Virus genome (UHGV): UHGV-1485161
Origin: a virus
Strand: one strand, 5' to 3'
DNA: 39,148 nucleotides
Shown here: piece after piece, positions 32,111 to 39,148 of the stretch
How the letters are laid out: each line of letters begins with the position of its first letter
How positions within the stretch are numbered: the first letter of the stretch is position 1
Notes under the pieces: model-generated
The model's database searches: none
Told to the model about the DNA's origin: nothing
Seen by the model: the letters and a program-made list of their open reading frames with translations, nothing else
Translations under genes and position numbers: made by a program

Positions 32111-32224
32111 GGAAGCAGCCACAACAACGCGACGGATTCCGTCAATTCAAGATGCGTTTATTGTGGCTGCTCCTGCGGATTTTTTCAACCCGAAAAAACA
32201 TAATTCGCATGGAATGGCTAAAAA

Positions 32225-35200
32225 ATGACATTAAACGATTTCTATGCGGAATCGCATTTGGCAGCGATCCGTTCATCGCTAATTGAAGCAGCACGGGATG
32301 AACTAACCGAGCTGGCACAGATGGCTGGTATCAACTGGTCTGCCTGTTCCGACAACATCCAACTCAACCCTCGCGGGGGTGTTGAGCGTTACTCTTCATA
32401 CAATAAAACATCTCCAGAAGCTCTCGAGAAGAGCCTCAAAGGACGCGTAGAAATTTACTCCCGACTGGAACACAGCAAAGGGATTGATTACCCGTTCATT
32501 AACTTCGTCCATAAAGGCAGCGATGCTGGCTCATGGAGCGGTTTCTCCTTCCTGTTTTCTGAATATCGCCGTGAGCAACAACGGAATAATGCGACCGTGG
32601 TCGCACAACCGGAAGAAGAACGGGCAAGAATAGAACGTGAAGCACGTCGTCGCCGTGAAGAACAAAAACGAATTAATGACCTGAAAAACAACCAAATGGA
32701 CCATGAACGTTTGCTGGGATGGCTGGCATTCCACAGTGCTTGGGAACATGCTCCTGCAGAAGACGGCTCATGGCCATATGCGATTAAAAAAGGTATTCGT
32801 GACGTTTTTAATTCGTGTGATGTGCGTCGCGTGACCAGTCACGACAGCGCAAAATGGAGCAGGGGGCCAACCACGTATATGGCTATCCCTCTGGCTCACC
32901 TGGACGGTCGTTACGATGGTCGTATTGTTGGTTGGCAGCGAATCGACAAACAAGGTGGAAAATACCAGACCAGCGCCGTAACCAGCGGCGATTTCGTCGG
33001 TGCCTGCTTTGTTATCGGTGAGCTGAAAGGGGCGCAAAACATCGCTGTTACAGAAGGTTTTGCTACTGGTGCATCCATCTGGCTTGCCACGAAAAAAGAT
33101 AAACGCTTTGACGCTGTGGTTGTCGCTGTATCCGCTAACAACATGGTTCATGTTGTGGAACAACTGGTAAACATGTACCCGGCGGCAAAAATCACCTGCG
33201 CACTGGATAATGACCGGAAATCAGCTACAGAAGGAAAAGGGAATACCGGCCTGCGGACTGGCTATGAAATCTTATCGAAATTCAACGATGTCCGCTGCGT
33301 CTATCCAACTTTTGAAGACGATCCGCAAATGGAGTGCAGTGACTTCAACGACCTGCACAAACTACGTGGACTTCGTGAAACAGCACGTCAACTGTTTGCA
33401 ACTGCAAACCGCCTGAAAACTGGCACTGATTTGCTATCTCTGACGCTCAACCGCCTGAAGACAATTAAGCGGGATAACCGTCGTACTTTTGCCAAAGAGC
33501 TGCTGAGAGCGGTGGATATTGGCATGCTAACCTGCCCGGTTCCTAACAGTCCGTCAGATTTATTTAACATGTTCTGCATCGTTCTGCGTGAAATGGGACT
33601 GGAAAATATCTATCGCGCTACGGTAAAAGACCACATTGCCCGTCGCCTGAATAAAAAGTGCCGTATTGCCCAGGCTCCGCGCTCTTTCAGCGAACGCATA
33701 ACTGATCCCAATAAACGCCCTCAACATATCACCTATAAGCGTTTTGAAACTTCGGTAATGACCGATGATGTCCTGAAGTACGTGCAATCACTACAGGGGA
33801 TAGTCATCGTCCGTGCTGGTATGGGTTCCGGCAAATCTACTGGATTGTTACGACCGTTAATGCATAGCTCAGAACGTGGTATCTCTGTTGCTCACCGTGT
33901 CTCCCTTATTGGTGGCCTGTGGGAAATGATGACAGAAGGAAAAGGTGTAAAAGCCGATATCCTGCACTATCAGGACCCTGGCTATCAGGAAATGGCTCCA
34001 TACGCCAGTAAACTGACCATCTGCATAAACTCGATTGTTAAAAACTGCTGGCAACCGTTGATGCGCCAGCACGACTATTTTGGCTTTGACGAGGCCACGC
34101 AAGGGCTACGTGCCGTTCTTTCCGGTCGGGCTATGGAAAACCCGGTTGCTGTATTCAATACGCTAATTGACGCGCTGGCCAGAACGGAACAACACCCAAT
34201 CATGGTGGATGCTGATGCGAACGATCTACTGGTTGACCTGGCTGAACTGGCTATGAAACGCCGTGAAGAACTAGGTTTACCGGCATGGCTGCAGATCCAC
34301 GTAATTGAATTACCTGTTGATGTTCGCAACCGCGAAACAGGTGAGCCAATCCGGGTTTTTTATACAGAAAAAGATCGCATCATGACCGAGGTGGTGAAAG
34401 CTGTATCGGATGGCGAAAAAATCATGTTGGCCACCGACAGCTCCACCTTTGCAGAAGATGTGACAGCCACCCTGAGAATGCATTTTCCTGGTAAGAAATT
34501 TCTGTGTGTAAACCAGAAAAACAAACCAGAGCCAGAAGTTGAAGCATTTACCAATCAACCGAAAAAGATGGTCAAAAAATACGACGGCCTGATTTATAGC
34601 CCGTCTATTTCATCCGGCGTGTCGATTGAGCAAAAACATTTTGACCGTCATTTCGGCATGTTCTGTGGTGAAGTTGTACCCAGCGACGCAGTGCAAATGC
34701 TACGCCGCGACCGTACAGCAAAAGAATTTATTATCGGCTTTGATAAAGCTCGTGCAAAACGTGAAACTGACCCGCAAAAAATAGAACGAGCATTCGCCCA
34801 GGCATTGCTTGCTACCGCAGGTATGAACGGTGAACTTACGGATGTCGTTTTCGATGGCGACCGTATATCAATGGGGGTGGCCAATACCGACTTTACCAGG
34901 ATGAAAATTAAAGCAGCCGCAATTGAAGCGACTGCGCGTAACGACTACGCCAGCAACATGATCTGCATCATGCACAGCGACGGTTATAAGGTATCACCGC
35001 TGGCCACCGATTATGCTGCGAATGATATCGGTAAAGATCTGCGTAAAGAAGCGCGGGATATTGTGTGGGAACAGACACTGGATCTGCACCTCAATACAGA
35101 AACTCCACAAGAATCAGAGCGTGAAGAACTGCTAAAAAAACGCGCGCTGACGCTTGAAGAACAGGCAAAACTTGTCCGCTGGGATATTGAAAACGAACTG

Positions 35201-36217
35201 AAACTACCGGTTGAAGAAGGCACGCTGAAATTCTATTTCGATGGTGCTCGAGACAAAGTTCGCCGCTATGAAACAATGCTTTTAGATGAGGTAACAGCTC
35301 GTCGTTACGACCGGGAAGAAGCAGCCATCAATTTTACCTACGCATACCGTCAGGCGGGACAGTGGCAATATTTTGTAGTGACCGCGATGACTCGCGAGCA
35401 GGCTGATGATGTCTTTAAAACTAAATTCCCTGGAATAATCGATCACAAGGTAAAAGCTACTCCTACTGTTGAAGTCGGGGCGCGCGGTTTCTATGCGCTT
35501 AAATCAGCAACTCTCCGGCAGTACTTTATCGACTGCGGTATCAACCCTGAGACTATGACCGGCGAGGCGACTCAGGAGCGTCTCAAATTCGCTCGAGATA
35601 ACCTCATGACAGCCGAACGCCGTGACCTGTTGAATAACGTTCTGCACATTGGTGGTTTTATGACGCCAAAAGGGAAGCCTAAAGTGCCGGAAGCGTTGTT
35701 TAAAAACATTTGCGACTCTCTTGGCCTTAAAACAGGTAAACGTCGCGGCAGAGACGGCGATAAGCGTCCAACCTTGCGTTTTGTTGAGCCTGAATCAGCG
35801 GCATTTATGCTGGATATTCTTGCTCAGCGTCAGAAAGATGGCCTAACCCTGAAAACGCGTAAAGCCGAGAAGACCGCCATCGAAATGGATCGCGATTTGG
35901 ATCTCAATATATATATGGATGATAAAACGCGATCCACAAACGAGCAGGTTCAAAACGCCCCTCATTCAGTAATTTCTGAGGCTTTGGCTGTGTTGCCAGT
36001 GGTTGTACCTGAGTCCTGGGCGATGAGTGCGCTTTCCGGTGAGGAGCTGGCCACTATGTCATCATGGTCATCAGCCAGCATAGCTATGACGTTTGCCTCT
36101 CTGTACCTCACAGAGTTCATGGATCACTTATCCAGCAATGAACTGCGGCGGTTACGTGAATACATTACCGGGAATAGCCCATGCAGCTACGAAGAGCAGG
36201 GCGCTTTCTATGGGTAA
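32225..36217 (+). CDS. replication protein: Toprim primase domain plus P-loop NTPase/helicase, N15 RepA-like architecture
   Basis: Track ORF of 1330 aa with Toprim motifs (IAVTEGFATGASIW, CALDNDRKS), Walker A VRAGMGSGKST and Walker B YFGFDEATQ, and a long C-terminal region. Size and gene order (repressor then replicase on the same strand) recall N15 repA from memory. Confidence 0.7.
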   Translation: MTLNDFYAESHLAAIRSSLIEAARDELTELAQMAGINWSACSDNIQLNPRGGVERYSSYNKTSPEALEKSLKGRVEIYSRLEHSKGIDYPFINFVHKGSDAGSWSGFSFLFSEYRREQQRNNATVVAQPEEERARIEREARRRREEQKRINDLKNNQMDHERLLGWLAFHSAWEHAPAEDGSWPYAIKKGIRDVFNSCDVRRVTSHDSAKWSRGPTTYMAIPLAHLDGRYDGRIVGWQRIDKQGGKYQTSAVTSGDFVGACFVIGELKGAQNIAVTEGFATGASIWLATKKDKRFDAVVVAVSANNMVHVVEQLVNMYPAAKITCALDNDRKSATEGKGNTGLRTGYEILSKFNDVRCVYPTFEDDPQMECSDFNDLHKLRGLRETARQLFATANRLKTGTDLLSLTLNRLKTIKRDNRRTFAKELLRAVDIGMLTCPVPNSPSDLFNMFCIVLREMGLENIYRATVKDHIARRLNKKCRIAQAPRSFSERITDPNKRPQHITYKRFETSVMTDDVLKYVQSLQGIVIVRAGMGSGKSTGLLRPLMHSSERGISVAHRVSLIGGLWEMMTEGKGVKADILHYQDPGYQEMAPYASKLTICINSIVKNCWQPLMRQHDYFGFDEATQGLRAVLSGRAMENPVAVFNTLIDALARTEQHPIMVDADANDLLVDLAELAMKRREELGLPAWLQIHVIELPVDVRNRETGEPIRVFYTEKDRIMTEVVKAVSDGEKIMLATDSSTFAEDVTATLRMHFPGKKFLCVNQKNKPEPEVEAFTNQPKKMVKKYDGLIYSPSISSGVSIEQKHFDRHFGMFCGEVVPSDAVQMLRRDRTAKEFIIGFDKARAKRETDPQKIERAFAQALLATAGMNGELTDVVFDGDRISMGVANTDFTRMKIKAAAIEATARNDYASNMICIMHSDGYKVSPLATDYAANDIGKDLRKEARDIVWEQTLDLHLNTETPQESEREELLKKRALTLEEQAKLVRWDIENELKLPVEEGTLKFYFDGARDKVRRYETMLLDEVTARRYDREEAAINFTYAYRQAGQWQYFVVTAMTREQADDVFKTKFPGIIDHKVKATPTVEVGARGFYALKSATLRQYFIDCGINPETMTGEATQERLKFARDNLMTAERRDLLNNVLHIGGFMTPKGKPKVPEALFKNICDSLGLKTGKRRGRDGDKRPTLRFVEPESAAFMLDILAQRQKDGLTLKTRKAEKTAIEMDRDLDLNIYMDDKTRSTNEQVQNAPHSVISEALAVLPVVVPESWAMSALSGEELATMSSWSSASIAMTFASLYLTEFMDHLSSNELRRLREYITGNSPCSYEEQGAFYG
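32590..32606. repeat. 18-bp palindrome, copy 5 (17 of 18 match), inside the replicase coding region
   Basis: TGCGACCGTGGTCGCAC within codons NNATVVAQ. Confidence 0.6.
32830..32843. repeat. 14-bp palindrome CGTGACCAGTCACG, copy 2, inside the replicase coding region
   Basis: Exact 14-mer about 240 bp downstream of palindrome copy 5. Confidence 0.6.
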
Positions 36218-36401
36218 TCAGTGGATATTATCTTTGTGTCTCTTGCTTTGTGTGTTCCAGCAATGGTTTTGGTTCATAGATCGAAAGTCTCACAAGGAAA
36301 ACATGAAGGCCAGGAAGGCGATGTTTCGTGGTGAACAACTCGCGCAGACTTATCGTATGTGGAAACGTTTCTATCGTGATTTTTCGGTTAACGGGGAGTA
36401 A
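36210..36401 (+). CDS. possible small membrane peptide overlapping the replicase stop
   Basis: ATG overlapping the repA stop; MGNQWILSLCLLLCVFQQWFWFIDRK... has one hydrophobic helix then a basic tail. An alternative start MKARKAM at about 36303 has an AAGGA RBS. Confidence 0.3.
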   Translation: MGNQWILSLCLLLCVFQQWFWFIDRKSHKENMKARKAMFRGEQLAQTYRMWKRFYRDFSVNGE

Positions 36402-36405
36402 AAAT

Positions 36406-37131
36406 ATGTCTACTACTGCATTTTTGGACAAACTTGATTACCGTCAGCTGCAGTTTTGCCGGGATGAATGCGATCGACGCATTAAGGCTATCCAGGAGGA
36501 AGAAAAAAAGGTTGCCTGGGCTGTAACAGATCGTGGCCTTATCTTTGGCTGGTTCCGTACGGAGGATTATCTGAAAGCAGTGGAGTTATTGGCGCGTGAG
36601 GCTGCTGAGCGTTGGGAACGAGCCGACAAGGAAAACCCGGAGACGAAGTATGAACTGAATCTCTACATCGAGGGCAACCATCTACCATTGTCAGAGTATA
36701 ACGCTTTGTTTGCTGATGGTGAGTGGGGTTTAAAAATGGCTGTTCAATCATACAAATACGAATCCCCTTTGGATAAGGGATACATTCGTATCAAGTTAAG
36801 TCGTTCTCAGCATAAGGCTATTTTTAAGGTAAGGAAAATTCGCATATTGGATGCGTATGCGTATTACTACAACGGTGAAAATGTTGTTGTTGAACACTTT
36901 CTTGCACGATGGTTTGTAGCTCTGATTTTTGTCCCTCTCCTGTTAATTGGTACTTTTGTGGATGGTTTTCCTAGTACATGGCGGGAGATAAAGAAAGGCC
37001 TATTCCCGCGTAAGTACGGCAGATTTTCGCAAGATAGCTGGCGAGTTATACCTGGTAAACATTCTGTGGATGAGCAGCCGATTGTTGATTACTGGTTGAA
37101 GCGTATGGCTGATGCTAAAAAAGTTGATTGA
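36406..37131 (+). CDS. hypothetical protein with C-terminal transmembrane helix
   Basis: ATG with GGGGAG RBS inside track ORF 36328..37131; MSTTAFLDKLDYRQLQFCRDECDRRIKAIQEEEKK...; TM segment FLARWFVALIFVPLLLIGTFV. Confidence 0.55.
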   Translation: MSTTAFLDKLDYRQLQFCRDECDRRIKAIQEEEKKVAWAVTDRGLIFGWFRTEDYLKAVELLAREAAERWERADKENPETKYELNLYIEGNHLPLSEYNALFADGEWGLKMAVQSYKYESPLDKGYIRIKLSRSQHKAIFKVRKIRILDAYAYYYNGENVVVEHFLARWFVALIFVPLLLIGTFVDGFPSTWREIKKGLFPRKYGRFSQDSWRVIPGKHSVDEQPIVDYWLKRMADAKKVD

Positions 37132-37158
37132 GTTGTGATAACTGTTACAGGAGATAAA

Positions 37159-37446
37159 GTGAAGAGTTTTATTTTGGTTTTATGTTTTGCCTTTTCTGCT
37201 GCGGTTTATGCCCAGGAAGATAGCATTTCTGTTATTAACTCATCAGCGGAGCTTGCATGTAAAAATAATCCCGATGCTGCATCAAAAGAATCATGCAAAG
37301 AACTGCTCCTTTCGACGGCTGCTTTTGCTTCTGAAAATGCGAAATTTTATTCAGCCTTCTGTCGCGGCTATGTTAAGGAAGAAGATAAAGAAAAATGTGA
37401 TGATGCCGGTAAGTTAGTTAGGTATTTCCACTCTCTTAATCCGTAA
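37159..37446 (+). CDS. small secreted Cys-containing protein
   Basis: GTG start with AGGAG RBS; signal peptide KSFILVLCFAFSAAVYA then QEDSISV...; the mature part has five Cys. Track ORF starts at 37135. Confidence 0.5.
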   Translation: MKSFILVLCFAFSAAVYAQEDSISVINSSAELACKNNPDAASKESCKELLLSTAAFASENAKFYSAFCRGYVKEEDKEKCDDAGKLVRYFHSLNP

Positions 37447-37507
37447 TGGCCTTTGATTAACGATCAACTTCTGATCACTCGTTCAAGCAAACTATAAAAA
37501 CACCTGT

Positions 37508-37527
37508 CCCCGTGACTGGTCACGGGG
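37508..37527. repeat. 20-bp palindrome CCCCGTGACTGGTCACGGGG (14-bp family, copy 3)
   Basis: Perfect inverted repeat in the intergenic region after the secreted-protein gene. Confidence 0.6.
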
Positions 37528-37636
37528 TAAAATGTCTTTGCAAATTATTGACGTGTGCGTCGTTTTAACGGTAAAGTTACTCCGCTGCGGCAAATTCCGC
37601 AGCCGGGCGTGAGAACCCGGATAAACGAAGCGCACA

Positions 37637-37660
37637 ACACGCGCCAGCGTGTTTTTTTTT
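37637..37660 (+). terminator. intrinsic terminator
   Basis: Hairpin ACACGC-GCCA-GCGTGT followed by T9 on the plus strand. Confidence 0.6.
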
Positions 37661-37826
37661 GTGTGTATATACCTGCGCATATCCGATTTATGGTGGCTCA
37701 GGCGGGGCTGACTTCGGTCAGGCCGGTTTCTTCGTTTGCCGGTATTCTCACCCCCGCTTGGGCTACCACCATTCAAGAGCGTGAGAACTCTGGTGGTAGC
37801 ACGACCAATTAAACGGAGTGCATACC

Positions 37827-37991
37827 ATGTTCAAATTCAAATTTGCGGCAGTCGTTCGCACAGACAAAAAGTCACACATCCATCATCTTTCCACCATCGC
37901 GTCATCTGAACGGGAAGCTCGTCGCCAGTTCGCCAGCCGGTTTGTCCTGGTATTGTCTGCCCGTATTCCGGTGCGCGAGGTGGCTGCATGA
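37827..37991 (+). CDS. possible small protein (54 aa)
   Basis: ATG 8 nt after GGAG; MFKFKFAAVVRTDKKSHIHHLSTIASSEREARRQF...; stop overlaps the next ATG (ATGA). Below the ORF-track length cut-off. Confidence 0.35.
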   Translation: MFKFKFAAVVRTDKKSHIHHLSTIASSEREARRQFASRFVLVLSARIPVREVAA

Positions 37992-38221
37992 ATCAGGTAA
38001 AAATGAACACTGTTGGCCTGCTGGAATCGTTGGATGAACGTCTGGCTCAGGTCTATGCGCTCGTATCATCAGCCCATCGGACAGTCTCCAGCTGTGAGGC
38101 GTCGATTTATCTCTCAGAAGCAGGGAAACTCCTTCAAATTGCGTGTGAGTTAACACACGAAGCACAGGGATATTCAGCATCGCTCTCGTCGCAATTGCTG
38201 CACGGTAAGGAGGCTGAATGA
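37988..38221 (+). CDS. hypothetical small protein
   Basis: Track ORF of 77 aa, translationally coupled to the flanking genes. Confidence 0.45.
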   Translation: MNQVKMNTVGLLESLDERLAQVYALVSSAHRTVSSCEASIYLSEAGKLLQIACELTHEAQGYSASLSSQLLHGKEAE

Positions 38222-38925
38222 GCGCGTTAGCAGTCTTTTCCTTTCAGGAAGAGCATCAGGTACGTGTAGTGATGATTAACGGCGATCCGTGGTTTGTGGC
38301 GAATGATATTTGCAATGCTTTAAGCATCCAGAATGTCACACAAGCTATCGCTCGATTAGATGAAGATGAGCGATCTATGTTTAACATAGGCCGTCAAGGT
38401 CAAGCCAATATCATCAGTGAATCAGGTCTTTACACGCTCATTCTCCGCTGCCGTGACGCGGTGAAGCAAGGCACAACAGCTTGGCGGTTTCGCAAATGGG
38501 TAACGAACGAAGTCTTGCCCTCTATTCGTAAAAATGGAGAGTACGTTTACATCGAGCCTGAGCCAATGCGAGCAGCGGAGCCGTTGAACTGGAGGCAGAA
38601 AGAGTATCTGCGAGGGCTGATTAACGATATAGCACAAAGTTTTCAGTACCGAAATGCCTGGATTAGCGGTGTATGGTTAGCTTTGCGTCGGGCGTGTCGT
38701 AATCCATCCCCGAACCCCATAACGGTTGATGATTTGCCAGCAATTACGGCAGAACTGCGCCGGATTTTGACGGCTGCTGAGTCGGCATTGGGGAACATGC
38801 GCACGTATGAACGAGAGTTGTTGCGTGATGTTGTTCGTGGGGGTAGGCGGAGTATGTCGTGTGGTGATTTACCCATCACCGATATTAACTCTGATCTGGA
38901 AAAGGCGTTACCCGCGCATTTTTGA
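38218..38925 (+). CDS. Bro-N domain protein (antirepressor-like)
   Basis: Track ORF of 235 aa; N-terminus ...VRVVMINGDPWFVANDICNALSI...ESGLYTLILRCRDAVKQGTTAWRFRKWVTNEVLPSIRKNG is the Bro-N/KilA-N signature. Confidence 0.75.
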   Translation: MSALAVFSFQEEHQVRVVMINGDPWFVANDICNALSIQNVTQAIARLDEDERSMFNIGRQGQANIISESGLYTLILRCRDAVKQGTTAWRFRKWVTNEVLPSIRKNGEYVYIEPEPMRAAEPLNWRQKEYLRGLINDIAQSFQYRNAWISGVWLALRRACRNPSPNPITVDDLPAITAELRRILTAAESALGNMRTYERELLRDVVRGGRRSMSCGDLPITDINSDLEKALPAHF

Positions 38926-39148
38926 ACTGGCAGTTCAAAAAACTTGAGCAGTTATCCGCGCAGCTAAAGCCAGCAGAAAATCACCAATAAATAGGGTTGA
39001 CCAGCCCGAATTTATGCCCTTCTTAGAGAAGGGAAGCCTCGCAGTCGGGGCGGTGATGTCTGTGGTTGCAGCCGCGTTTCCTCCGTTACTTCTGCCCTTT
39101 GCAGGGGGCAGGCGAGGTAGGTCACACAACAAGGCACCGTTAATTCGG

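Noticed and set aside
37492-37776. 94-aa minus-strand ORF
   Set aside because: No RBS, it spans hairpins and a terminator, and its translation is Arg/Ser/Pro-rich; the region is better explained as structured non-coding DNA.
38926-39148. Hairpin-rich sequence after the Bro-N gene (and minus-strand ORF 38935..39132) as a possible tRNA, tmRNA fragment or att site
   Set aside because: I could not fit a tRNA cloverleaf, a T-loop GTTCGA motif or the tmRNA sequence, and the window ends before any flanking context; evidence is insufficient.

Overview
The 39.1-kb window is almost entirely one lambdoid prophage, read in reverse orientation relative to the lambda map. No tool was run: all homology statements are from memory of the lambda, DLP12 and N15 proteins, and exact positions of indels are from my own reading and may be off by 1-2 nt. 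Positions 1-20314 (minus strand) hold a lambda-type virion module: stf (partial), lom, J, I, K, L, M, H, T/G, V, U, Z, FII, FI, E, D, C/Nu3, B, W, A, Nu1. Its gene lengths and intergenic spacings match lambda as I recall them, apart from single-base differences. cos lies near 20493-20504, followed by a P21/DLP12-type lysis cassette (Rz/Rz1, SAR endolysin, holin), a frameshifted DNA methyltransferase moron, a RelE/HigB-like toxin plus XRE antitoxin pair, and about 20 small early genes including a DnaQ-like exonuclease and three DUF551-like paralogues. The immunity region is a cro-like gene (minus) facing a CI-like repressor (plus) across two 16-bp palindromic operators. Instead of lambda O/P there is a 1330-aa Toprim-primase plus P-loop NTPase protein directly downstream of the repressor, followed by uncharacterised membrane and secreted proteins and a Bro-N gene. 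Most notable are two families of recurring palindromes confined to the non-structural half, the N15-RepA-like replicase, and nine or more frame-disrupting single-base indels at homopolymers in otherwise conserved genes, which I read as probable assembly errors. No integrase, att site, tRNA, rRNA or CRISPR array was seen.
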